Of a DNA stretch of 64,000 nucleotides, positions 10,404-21,644 are shown piece by piece. The position numbers and the translations under genes are program-made. The stretch covers positions 1,364,001 to 1,428,000 of the forward strand of contig LSRY02000004.1 in NCBI GenBank assembly GCA_001643675.2, in the 5' to 3' direction. The stretch comes from Monocercomonoides exilis PA203 (taxonomy: Eukaryota > Protista > Preaxostyla). The notes below the pieces were generated by a model that saw only the letters and a list, made by a program, of their open reading frames with translations, did no database searches and was not told where the DNA came from. Positions within the stretch are counted from its first letter, which is position 1, and the number at the start of each line of letters is the position of its first letter.

Positions 10404-13400
10404 ATGCTTATAATATATTTATTTCCCATATGCGTAGTTATATGTCAACAACAAATAGATACAAAAATATGCAATTTTAAAAATTTCAAAAGAGCAAATA
10501 ACTTTTATTGCGATAATTGGCAAATTATTCCTGATTGTAGTTCAATAGTGAGCGCCGAGGACAGAGTTTTTGAGAATATTGAAGGAAAAAGAGCATTGAT
10601 TGATGTTATGGATCAAAGCCATTCATTTACGATTAAAAATTGCACTTGGACAAATATCATTCAAAACGATAAATTTATTTTTGGGCAATATGGAAATATT
10701 ACAATACAAGATTGCAAATTTAATACAATCACTATGAATTCTGATAAGCCTCTTATTGAATTGAAAAGTACTCGTCAAGTTATCATTGAAAATACGCTAT
10801 TTTCTGAAACCTTAAGGCTGTCAGATGGGTCAGTTATAAACTTTGAACTTAGGACTGCTTCTTCGTCACTTGATATTACTAAGTGCAATTTTACGAATTG
10901 CAAATCAACAACAGGCAGTGGTGGTGCAATTGCTGGAAATATTGGTCATGGAAAATTGTCAGTTACTGAGTGTCGATTCACCGAGTGCACTTCTAAAACA
11001 GAAGGAGGCGCTATTTATATAAGGTCCTGCAATGCATTTGAAAATCAATTTATATTAAAATGCTTAACATTTGACGCCTGCTCAACAAATTCTCAGAGAG
11101 GAGGGCACTGCTTGTATATAACCAATTGGGACAGAAAAAAATATCCTATCACCACCAATAATTTTGCTTTATTGAAAGGAGTTACAGACAATCCAAAAAG
11201 TATTTTGTTAACAGATGAAAATGGTGCTGTTGACAATTCATTCTCTATTTCCGAGATCCCTTCGTCAAAAGAATGCATCGTTGCTATTTATGTTGATGCT
11301 TCAGGAGGCAATACATATGATGGCTCAGAAGAAAATCCAAAGAAAACATTAAGTGGAGCTGTTTCAGCTTTGAGCGAGGATGACATTGTGTTTGTGATTC
11401 ATTCAGCTGAATTGACTGAAGAATGGAAGATCTGTGGGAGAAAAGCAGAGATCTACCCATCTGAAACGAATACTCAAACATATGTGAATATATCTGGAAC
11501 AGGTTCGCTTGCAAATGACGATGCCACAGATGCAGATACGCTGCTGACATTCTCAAACTTAATATTTCAATGGGAAGCTAGTGTAACTGCAACGCCATCT
11601 TTTGCTTCGATTTCATTGGGATCACTTTCATTTGAATCGTGCAGTTTTACCTTTAGAACTGTTGGATCTTCCTCTACTTATTCCGATGCCTTATTTTCTC
11701 TACTCGATAAAGGAGAAGGAAAACATGGAGGAAAACTTTCATTAAACAAAATTTCTATTACGGGAATAGATTGGAGCTCAAATACTTTCGTCAAAACAAC
11801 AACAGGACAACTTGCTCTGGCAAATGTTGAGTTCGATTTTGAAGGGAAAATTCTCCAAAAATCATCTTTCATTTGCTGTGAAAGTGGAACACAAACTTTT
11901 TCAATGAAAAATTGCAAATTTAAAAATGTGTCAATTCAAATAGGAAGCGGTGCAATGAAAAATTCAATGACTTCATCATCGCCTTCTTCGTCTTTGAATG
12001 CTGGTACAGAAGTATCAAACGAAGCATCAAATTCTCCTTTTATTGCAATCAATGCAGCCAGTTCTGTTTCTATTGAAGGATGCATATTTTCAACTGTTTC
12101 TTCTCCGTCTTCTTTGAGTGGAGGAGCACTTTCTATCACAATTCCTGCTTCTTCTTCTTCTCCATTTTTGACTATTCATAACTCCACTTTCTCTTCCTGC
12201 GAAGCATCAGAAGCCAATGGAAGAGGAGGAGCTGTCTATTTGTCGCTAACAGGCTCTTCAACAACCAATGCAAATTCCATAAAGTTAACTCAACTAATTT
12301 TCACAAATAACAAAGCAGCAAAAGGAATAGATATATATATTATGTATGCCAAATTGAAGACTTGCATATCTGATTGGAACTGGAGTGATACAACAAAACC
12401 TGAAATGACACTAAATGCATTGTTTGGCTGTGAAACATCTTCTCCTTCTCCTTCTGATTCAATTGAGGAATTCTCGCTGTATCCGTTTTTCTTTCAACTT
12501 TCTGATAAATCTGTAAATGTTGATTCGTCAAATGGTATAAATGAAGATGAAGGCAATGTTTGTTGCTGTTCGCAATGGTCTTGTTCTACTCTTTTGAAGG
12601 CATTGAATCGTCTCAGCTCAATTATTAATGTAGTCAAAATTGTTGCAAAACTTTCTGTGAATACTGCTGTTGATTTAAACTTAAAAACATTTTTTTCCAA
12701 ATCTTCTTTTTTTCCTTCAACTTCAAAATCTTCTGTTAAAGAAGCAATTGACTCTGGGTTTGAATGCGACACTGCATCTGATTCTGGGCCTATAACATTT
12801 GAAAGCCTTTCAATAAATCTTGCAAACGAAGGTGCTCCTTCAACTGTGAAAGCATTGCTAAGTCAGACAACAGGGAACATAACTATTTCTAGCTGCAATT
12901 TTAGTGAGGCAAATGCTCAAACAAAGAAGAATTTTTTTGTCAATCTTGCTGTTTTAACAGGAGGGAAATTCGCTCTGCAACAGACAAATATTCAAAACAT
13001 GTCTTTTTCTTCGGAACAAGCAGGAGGATCTATTCATGTTGTGCTTAACAAGAAAAGTACAGAAAATCCAATCTATTCAACAACAGATGCGCTTCAGAAT
13101 TCTACGAAAGGCAACTCTTCTTCATCCAACGATAAAAATTCGGAGTCTGTTCTGGAAGGCAGCCGAATATTTATGATTGCATTCTTAGCGTGTGCAGCTA
13201 CTTTGGCGCTGTTTGTTTTCATAGCAACAACAATTATTGTGTGCCTCAGAAAAAAGTTGGCTCGCTATGAGGAGATAATATTTCAGTTGAAAGGATACAT
13301 TCAATTTATGGAGGAAAATTTTGTCAGAAACGACAAAATGAAAAAGAGAAAATTTGAAATCATGGAGATGCCATCGACACTGACAGAAGGGATGACAAAC

Positions 13401-14207
13401 CAGATTCCAATGCTTGTTGGTATGGAGGAAGAGGAGTTGCCAATTCCACCAGAATTGGGCAATCCTACAAATGAAGAGGAAAATGCGTTTCAAACATTGC
13501 CATCTCCTCCAGTTATTGTCGAAGAAGAGTCCACTCGTGCTACAGCTGCACAATCGATAAAAGTTTTTTCAACCAAAATGCCATTTTTGGAAAGGACGAT
13601 AAGCGATGCACGAACTCTGTACGATGAATTGCACTCGATTCAGGGAGACTTTACATTGGGAACACGATCAATGGCGGTTGTGGATGAGAAGGAAGTTGTG
13701 CTTGGAGTCGCAAAGCTGTTTGCTTGCCTCATTAAAATAAGAGATGAGCGTGTGCTGGGGATGGCAGCTAATCTATGTCCATTCACGATTTTTATTGATA
13801 AGAGGAAAGAAGGAAACAACGAAGTGCTTGTAATGTCAGAGGAAGAGAAAAATGAGATGATAATGAATGCAATGAAGCGATGGAAGGCACCCGAAGAAAA
13901 TAATGGAGATGCCAATGAAGTGAATGAACGAGAAATAGATGGAATAGAAAAATCTGTTGTTTTCACACTTGGACTGATTCTTCATGAGATGATTGCTGGA
14001 GAAGTGCCTTTGAGCGAATGTAATGAAGAAGAGGCATGTGAAATGATAAGAGATGGAGTGCGACCACTGACAGAAGGAATTGAAGGAGAGGAGCTGATTG
14101 AGCTGATGGAAAAGATGTGGGAAAATGATCCAAAAGACAGACCATTTTTGGATGAAGTGATTGAAAAATTAACAAGCCTGATGCAAATTGGAGAAGGGGA
14201 GCATTGA
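10404..14207 (+). CDS. Type I membrane protein: signal peptide, parallel beta-helix (pectin-lyase/Pmp-like GGA[I/L/V] repeats), TM helix, degenerate kinase C-lobe
   Basis: Single long ORF; N-terminus MLIIYLFPICVVIC; repeats FTNCKSTTGSGGAI, FTECTSKTEGGAIY, FSSCEASEANGRGGAVY; TM IFMIAFLACAATLALFVFIATTIIVCL then RKK; RWKAPE, SVVFTLGLILHEMIAGEVPL, PKDRP. Confidence 0.85.
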   Translation: MLIIYLFPICVVICQQQIDTKICNFKNFKRANNFYCDNWQIIPDCSSIVSAEDRVFENIEGKRALIDVMDQSHSFTIKNCTWTNIIQNDKFIFGQYGNITIQDCKFNTITMNSDKPLIELKSTRQVIIENTLFSETLRLSDGSVINFELRTASSSLDITKCNFTNCKSTTGSGGAIAGNIGHGKLSVTECRFTECTSKTEGGAIYIRSCNAFENQFILKCLTFDACSTNSQRGGHCLYITNWDRKKYPITTNNFALLKGVTDNPKSILLTDENGAVDNSFSISEIPSSKECIVAIYVDASGGNTYDGSEENPKKTLSGAVSALSEDDIVFVIHSAELTEEWKICGRKAEIYPSETNTQTYVNISGTGSLANDDATDADTLLTFSNLIFQWEASVTATPSFASISLGSLSFESCSFTFRTVGSSSTYSDALFSLLDKGEGKHGGKLSLNKISITGIDWSSNTFVKTTTGQLALANVEFDFEGKILQKSSFICCESGTQTFSMKNCKFKNVSIQIGSGAMKNSMTSSSPSSSLNAGTEVSNEASNSPFIAINAASSVSIEGCIFSTVSSPSSLSGGALSITIPASSSSPFLTIHNSTFSSCEASEANGRGGAVYLSLTGSSTTNANSIKLTQLIFTNNKAAKGIDIYIMYAKLKTCISDWNWSDTTKPEMTLNALFGCETSSPSPSDSIEEFSLYPFFFQLSDKSVNVDSSNGINEDEGNVCCCSQWSCSTLLKALNRLSSIINVVKIVAKLSVNTAVDLNLKTFFSKSSFFPSTSKSSVKEAIDSGFECDTASDSGPITFESLSINLANEGAPSTVKALLSQTTGNITISSCNFSEANAQTKKNFFVNLAVLTGGKFALQQTNIQNMSFSSEQAGGSIHVVLNKKSTENPIYSTTDALQNSTKGNSSSSNDKNSESVLEGSRIFMIAFLACAATLALFVFIATTIIVCLRKKLARYEEIIFQLKGYIQFMEENFVRNDKMKKRKFEIMEMPSTLTEGMTNQIPMLVGMEEEELPIPPELGNPTNEEENAFQTLPSPPVIVEEESTRATAAQSIKVFSTKMPFLERTISDARTLYDELHSIQGDFTLGTRSMAVVDEKEVVLGVAKLFACLIKIRDERVLGMAANLCPFTIFIDKRKEGNNEVLVMSEEEKNEMIMNAMKRWKAPEENNGDANEVNEREIDGIEKSVVFTLGLILHEMIAGEVPLSECNEEEACEMIRDGVRPLTEGIEGEELIELMEKMWENDPKDRPFLDEVIEKLTSLMQIGEGEH

Positions 14208-14407
14208 TCAATATTTTGTTAGTAATTTTATTTAACAGAAAATAATAAAAAGGAAATAGATTTTTGAAAAGAATCTTTCAATAAAAGAAGAACATCATGA
14301 AATCATAGGAGCAATTATCGTATTTTACCGACAAAAGAAAATCGGATGAAATACTAATATGAAAATATCAAAATGTTTAACAAGAGTTTTATTTTTATTT
14401 TAAATAG

Positions 14408-14480
14408 TTTTTCTTTTCTTTTTTCTTTCTTTTCTTTTCTTTCTTTTCTTTTCTTTTTTTTTTTTTTTCTTTCTTTTTTT
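14408..14480 (+). repeat. (TTTTC)n / poly-T tract
   Basis: Directly visible. Confidence 0.8.
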
Positions 14481-15347
14481 TATATTTATTTTATTTCGTT
14501 TCGTTTTTTTTAAAGTTAATATTTACTTTATTATCAGAGAGTTTCTGTATATAATTATTAATATTATATTTTCATTGAATGATTTTTTTAAATTGTAATT
14601 CAATAGTTTTTGATGTATTTTTGTGATTTATCTTTTTCTTTCACAATTCTGAAAGTATTATTAAGTTCATCTATTGTATCACTATGCTATTAATAATTTA
14701 TATCTTTTTTGAAATTTTCTTTTAATGAAAATGATTGAGTTTTCAATTATCCGTTTATTGTTTTTTGATTCATTTCGACATTAACCAAGACTTTATTTCA
14801 ATAAAAAATATGCATGCTTTTTTTAAGACTGAAAAAATGTAGTATTACGTTTGTGATTTCATTTTCGAATATAAACAATTTTTTTTTACAGGCGTTCTTA
14901 TATGAATGCTGAAAAAAAGAAAATAAAAGACTGAAATGAAAGCAACTTCCTAACTGTAATATTGACTCAAAATTTAATCAGTGATTTAGGTTGAATTAAA
15001 TAAAAAAGATTTTGAATGAAGATGAAAATAAAAAAACAATATTATTAACATATTTTTTATTTTGACAAATTTTATTTTTGTATTAAAAGTGAATAATTTA
15101 ATAGCACATTTCATAATTTCAAGTTTTTATAACAATCATGAAAAATAAAGCTAAATGAAATAATTTGAAAATTATCTTCACAATGTTCCCATATCAACAA
15201 TTTTTCCTTGGTTTATTATTGTTAGCATTCTAATTTTGATTTATTAATTAATATATTCATTTTAACATTGCTTATAGAAAATACCAAGTGAAAAGACAAT
15301 AAGAACAAAATTTACATAAAAAAATTTCGTGGACTGTCTTTAAACAC

Positions 15348-18300
15348 ATGGAAACTTTTCTAAACAATTTACAACAAGGAGAAACTGCTCATAAGAGAAT
15401 GGATATAGTTTCCGCAAAACAACATTACGAAGAAGCAATGAAATGTCTTGGCTCGTTATATTCAGGTTCGAACACAATTTGTCTCATAATTTTTGTTCAA
15501 TTTTATCAATTGTTTAGAAGCACAAATGAGACAAGGGGCCGAGATGTGGGGGAATAGATTGAGATTATTTGTGGAAATGTTTAATATTGTGATATCTCGT
15601 CATGCCGTTGATCAAACAAAAACACTAAATCAAGCTCAAGTTGCCTCGTACGATAGAGGGCCGTTAATATACTTGGACGGGCTGACACCTCTTGAATCAA
15701 AAAGTATTAGCTTTTTGGAGCCGACTCCCGAGCAGCGAGCTATTTTAGGCCACATGTGCTTTGTTTCTGCTGTTTGCGAGTTGGAGAAAAAAGGTTAAAA
15801 ATTTTCAATCTCGTGAAATGTTTTGTTGTTTGATAAAAATTTTTTAACAGGTCCTAATTCAGCTGTGCATGCATTTGATTTGTTTATTCAAGCAGTGGAT
15901 AATTATAACCAATACAAGAAAAGTTTGCTTTTTAATTATCACAAAATTTTTAAATACTTTTATCTTTGTTCTGAAGCGAATCCTCCAAAAGATAAACTTG
16001 AAATAGCAGTGAAGCGAATTAACTCAGGGATGGAATACATTAGAAAGCTCAAGCCTCACATTGCTGCTGGTGTGCCCATATCAAAAACTAGATAATTATA
16101 ATAACTTAACAATTATATTCACATATTCGCGTGCTTCACACATATTTATACTTATTGTTTTATTATTAATTAATTTATTATTATTAGCCCCACATTCCCC
16201 ATCAACACAGTTCTCAGATGAAGAGAGAGAAATCTTAAGCAAATCCTCTTCTCTTCACAAGCTGACTTTTCCTCCTTGGATCGAAGCTGACTGCCATGTA
16301 CCAATGAGTCCATTGTCTTCAAACGCATCATCTGCATCTGCATCTGCGACTCACTTCACAGACACATTTAAGCTGCGCCTGTCCGCTAAGCAGATGGCAA
16401 AGCACCCCGAGTGGATGCGTGCTGGGGAAGCAGCGTGTGCTGGAGGAAAAGTCAGCGAAAGCGAGCTGAAGATCTTCGGGGCTCTGTCTGTTGCGTCGAT
16501 CACACAGACAGTGGTGGGGGACTGCTCGCTGCTGTCGTCGCTGGGCGTGCTGGCGCTGGCGGAGCGGCAGCGCGGCGCAAAGATCATCTCCAGCCTCATC
16601 TACCCGCAGGACAGCAAAGGCGTGGCTGTATACAATCCGTATGGAAAATACCACGTGAAGCTGTTTTTCAACGGGACTTGGCGGAAAGTGGAGATCGACG
16701 ACTATCTTCCTGTCAAGGGAGACGGAATCCCAAGCTATGCACGACCGAGTATGAATTCAACGTTGATAATTTATTTTTTGAAATGAAATGTTTATGAAAT
16801 TAACTATGTCAAGAGTTACCTTGACTGAAGGATTTTTTATTTCATTTTGTCGCAAAAATTCAATATTTCCATTTCTTTTTCTTCTTTTATTGTTTCCTTT
16901 GTTTACCACTTCCTGATAATATTTAATTTTATTTAATTTAATTAATTTATTTATTTCTATATTACACCTTTCTATGAGCAGGCACATCATCCACCAGTCT
17001 GCAGCGGCAGAAGCCCCGTTCTCTTCTCTGCTCCTTCAGCTCCAACCGCGACGAGCTGTGGGTGTCTCTCTTAGAAAAGGCCTATCTGAAAGTGCGCGGC
17101 TCTGGCTACGATTTTCCAGGTTCGTCCAGCGAGGCAGATATTTCTATCCTCACTGGCTGGATACCCGAGCGATGGATCATGCGAGACATGAAGATACAGC
17201 AGAGTGGGAGTGGAGCAGGCAAGCGGGAGGACGATGCAGCGACGAAGGATGCGAAGTGGAAGCGCATCACAGACGGCCTGGCGCTGGGGAAGTGTGTGAT
17301 GACGGTGTCTACTGGAGACATGACAGAGGCAGAGGAAGAGGAGACGGGGCTGCTGGGCTCACACGCATATGCGCTGCTGGGCGCGAGGGAGGCGCTGGGC
17401 CACCGGCTGGTGCAGCTGAAGAACCCGTGGGGAAGGAATAGGTGGAAAGGGAAGTTTTCTGTGTCGGACAAGGCCAGCTGGACGGCTGCGATGCAGCGGG
17501 CGATGAACTACTCGCTGCAGCAGGCGGAGAAGGACGACGACGGGATCTTCTACATCGACCTCGACGACGTCTGCAGATACTACGCCGTGGTGCATTTTTC
17601 GTGGTCGGTTGATCTCTTTCCTTTCCGCACGTCTGTCCAGGGAGTGTTCCGGCAGGAGTTTATGTTCGACAACAGCCAGCTGCGCACGTACTATGGGCCG
17701 CAGTATCTGCTGGGCAAGAAGCGGTCGCAGGTGTACTGGATTTTGCTGCACAGGCATTTTGAGAGCGAAGAGGCGAAAGGGGCAGACCTGAAGAAAGGAG
17801 AGGAGGATGCAGATGACGACTTCAGCACATGCATACGCATTGGCAGACACCAAGTTATTGCTCCTTATTCATCATCATCATCATTTTCTTCCCCTTCATC
17901 ATCATCAACAGCATCAGCATTGCTCACCCAGCCGTACCAGCAGCGCCTGTTCCGCTTCCCGTCATCGTCCTCAGACACGATCATGTACTACACCTCGCAC
18001 TACATCCTGGAGAAAGTCATCGACTCCTTCGAGGGCTTCATCAGTGTTGGCGTGTCGCTCTACGAGAAGCCGTCGAAGCTGCGTGACATGCGCTTCACTC
18101 TGTTTATCTACTCGAATGAGCAGATTCAGCTGATGAAAGTGCCACAAAGACATAGCAAACACGTCCAGATGGTGTCATCGTGGGAACCTTCTCCGTTCTT
18201 GCAGCCAGCGGCAAAGGCGGAGTTTGTGACAGAGCTATCTTCTTCTTCTTCTTCTTCTTCTTCCTCATCATCATCTGCTGCCTCTTCTTCTAAGAGGAAG

Positions 18301-19665
18301 ATTGGGTCTGTCACAGTACGCGAGGCGCGGGCAGTCATCCACCCATCGTCACAGCCGTCACATCCGCTTTCTCCAGTGCAGAAGGCACCGCTCACCACAC
18401 AGGCGCTGCTTGACAACAGAAACCTGGCTAAAATAGCCAAGTTCATCCACGCTTCCCAGACATTCTTTGCCCCGCAATTGCTCGTGCAGATGAGGCCGGA
18501 TCTGAGCTCTGGTGCTTCTCCATCTTCTCCATCTTCTTCTTCTTCTTCCTCATCTTCTTCGTCGAGTGCAGTGAACGAAGACATGATTATTCCAGACTGC
18601 TCCAAAGATGTGACTATCTGGACAGAATCGCTGGCTAACAGAGAATTCTTTGTGGATGTGTCAGATATTACAGCTTGCGATTCAACAATGCAATGCATTC
18701 CATCATCATTATCATCATCTTCTTCTCTCATTTCAGCTCGCATACCGCTCAGAAGCATGGTTCCGTGTGTGAACAATTTTAGCACAAAGAAAGAGCTGTG
18801 CCGCTTTGCATTTGAACAACGGTCGACTTCTTCTTCTTCTTCCTCTTCTTCTCGTCCAAACGATGCCCTTCTTCGTGTTTGTGTGCCCTGCACAACCAGC
18901 AGCCTTGCTGATTTTTCCTCTTTCCAGTTCAACCTGATCCCTCCCAAGTGCTTCCAGGCGTCTCTCTCTCTTCTTCCTTCACCAGTCTCCTCATTCAAGC
19001 AGCAGCTGTGTTTCTCTGGCAGCATTTCGCCTTCCCCCCACAGCTCATCATCGTCATCATCATCATCGTCCTCCTCCTCCTCATCATCTTCAGCTTCAGC
19101 TTCAACAACCAGAAGATATTACGTCATTAAGGTGCCTCCAACATCGCATGTGCTTCTGGAGAAGAAGATGGAGTTCTACATGCTGGTTATCTTCGTCGCC
19201 AAAGGCAGAGATTCTTTCACTTCATCCTTTTCTGTTCATTCTGCCCCGCGTTTGAGCAACAGCTCAGGCTCGTCTGACCCAAACAGCTCGAATGTTCTGT
19301 ATGAAATGTCCGTCCGCACGTCCCCACTTCCTTCGTCTTCGCTTCTCTTTCGGTCACATGGAGACGCTGCCTCCACACGCCTTTGCTACCTTCCTGATAA
19401 TCTGGGCATTTCCTCTGCTTCTTCTTCTTCTTCTTCTTCTTCTTCCTCTTCCTCCTCTTATTCCTTCTCATCTCGTTCCACCACACAATACCGTGTTTCG
19501 CTTCCTGTCTGCTGCGGATGGCTTCCGTGTGGCGTCTCTATGAATTCCACAGTCGATCCAACAAGGTTTGTTGTGGAGCTTTCTGCAAGCGGCTCTGCAG
19601 AAGTCTCATTCTTCGGGTTCTTGTGGGTTGACGTTGAGGGAATACAACTTCATTCAAGAGAATAA
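15348..19665 (+). CDS. CAPN7: Calpain-7/PalB-like cysteine protease (two MIT-like helical domains, CysPc, Ser-rich C-terminal region), ~6 exons
   Basis: Catalytic triad motifs QTVVGDCSLLSSL, SHAYALL, LKNPWG; YNPYGKYHVKLFFNGTWRKVEIDDYLP and ELWVSLLEKAYLKVRGSGYDFPGS are typical of calpain-7; five GT-AG introns join the ORF fragments. Confidence 0.88.
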
Positions 19666-20115
19666 GAAGGATAATTTGTGTATTTCATTATGATTTGACA
19701 AGGAAAAAAAGGAGATGGACAAATCATTAGACAGTTGTATTTCTTTTTTTTTTATTCTTTGCTTTTTTTATCATCATTTATTTGTGAAAATTTGTGTGTT
19801 TCGTGAAAAAATATTGATTTTTTGTTAGATTTTGTTATTTTTTAAATAGTTTTTAATAATTTTGTGGTTTTGTTGTATTTGTTCAAATCATATACTTTGA
19901 ACAACATTTAAGCAGTTGAAATGTTTTATTGAACACAATTTGAAATTAAACATCAAAATACGCACTTGAGACACTTCACTTTTTCTTTCTTTTATTCTTT
20001 TCCCTTGAAACGCAAACGTTATTCGCATTGAACCAAAAACGTAAAAATGCCTGTGGCTTCAATTCTTCCATTTTCATTATAAATACGAATTCTCAAGAAA
20101 ATCCATCATGCTTCT

Positions 20116-21480
20116 TCACAGCTGAAGCACAATGCCTCCTGTTGCCAGGGAGCAGTCGTAATAGAAAGTGTTGTTGAGAGGTGGGTTTCTGTGTGTGATG
20201 GCGTTAATTGCCTCTTGCGCAAGAACACCGCCAACAACAGAGCATGTGGGAGAAAAATCCAATTCCTGTGGATGTGCCTGCTCACTTGAATCCATTTTCC
20301 CAGATGAAGCTGTACATGACTGTTTATCTTCTTCCTTTATGCAATATTTGGCTGGTTCTATTAATTTCTTCTTAATAAGGTGAAGTGTATGCTCACGGCG
20401 GAAAGCATCTATGCACTTTTGAGCCTGCTCCATCCACTCCTTTCTTCTTCTCTGGCTGCTCTGCGTAGACTGTCTGGGAATGGCTTCATTGAGAAGCCAG
20501 GATGTCTCATATGAAGTAAAGTGCGCTTCTTTGCGGCCAGATGCGTTGATACTGATGCTGGCTGAAGCATCTTGTTTACTGTTATCTTTGGATGGCTCAT
20601 TCTCTTTTCTCAAACGCTTTGGCTGAATAATCACTTCAATATCATCATCGTCATCATCTTCTTCCTTTTCCTCTTTTGTATCGAAATCCACATCATGCAG
20701 CCCTTCGCTGTGCTCCTTTTTTGCCAAAGGTTGCTCTGACAGAAGCCTTTTCACTGGTTTAGGAAGGTCTGATGTAACTTCTTCACTATCATCATCAATA
20801 ATTTCAGCAGATTCTTCCGCAATTTTTCGTTTTTCAATAATTTCTGCTGCAACTTTCGCTTCTCCATATTCAAACGACGATCCCAGATCTGAAAAGAAAA
20901 ATCCTTTGTCAAGTCTTGATTCTGCAAATATCATTGGAATCTTTAACGATCTGCATTGCTGGCTTAATGCAAGGGCAACCTCCGGGGATTGGTCTAAACA
21001 GAGAACAATTTGAAAATCTGAAAGTTTTGTTTTAGGGTCAATTTCATTTTTTGGTGTTAAGGCCCAGTTCAAAATAGATGTAGTTATTGGGTAAAAGGAA
21101 CAAAAAGAATTCATTTCGTGGAATTTCGGAGAATAAACCACCGCACGCTGTATAAAAGGAATATTCAAGTGAAAACAAAAACAATTTCTTTTATAAAAAT
21201 ATTTACAAACATTTTTATGCAAATCATTTTCAGAAAAGAAGAAATTTGCTGACGAGCAAGATTCTGAAACTTCTCTGTCATCCCAAAGGGCTATTGAATT
21301 AACACCGGCAAGACAAAGATTTTTGCATGTTTCAATGCAAAGACCCGAAACTCCTATTGCCAAAATTCTACTTTTTCGAAGAACAGTCTGGGCATCAAGT
21401 CCCCAAATCCTAATTTGTCTATCATAAATTGCTGCTTCTAAATCTGTTATTTTTTGTTCATCTGGCTTCGAAGTTGTCAT
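20116..21480 (-). CDS. SAE1: SUMO-activating enzyme E1 subunit 1 (Aos1/SAE1); probable 63-nt intron at 21148-21210
   Basis: EAAIYDRQIRIWGLDAQ, CKNLCLAGV, and C-terminal ELDFSPTCSVVGGVLAQEAINAITHRNPPLNNTFYYD. Confidence 0.88.
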   Translation of the reverse strand: MTTSKPDEQKITDLEAAIYDRQIRIWGLDAQTVLRKSRILAIGVSGLCIETCKNLCLAGVNSIALWDDREVSESCSSANFFFSENDLHKNVCKYFYKRNCFCFHLNIPFIQRAVVYSPKFHEMNSFCSFYPITTSILNWALTPKNEIDPKTKLSDFQIVLCLDQSPEVALALSQQCRSLKIPMIFAESRLDKGFFFSDLGSSFEYGEAKVAAEIIEKRKIAEESAEIIDDDSEEVTSDLPKPVKRLLSEQPLAKKEHSEGLHDVDFDTKEEKEEDDDDDDIEVIIQPKRLRKENEPSKDNSKQDASASISINASGRKEAHFTSYETSWLLNEAIPRQSTQSSQRRRKEWMEQAQKCIDAFRREHTLHLIKKKLIEPAKYCIKEEDKQSCTASSGKMDSSEQAHPQELDFSPTCSVVGGVLAQEAINAITHRNPPLNNTFYYDCSLATGGIVLQL

Positions 21481-21644
21481 TAGCCTTATTTTCTCTAAAA
21501 TTCGAAAATATTTTTATCTTTTTGTATTGATCTAACCCCAATAAAAACATATGTCTAAATAATTATGATTAATGATGAAGTGTGAATAAATAACAAATAA
21601 ATGGCTGTTAAAATTAATTTAGTTCTAAACGTAAATTTTTTAAT

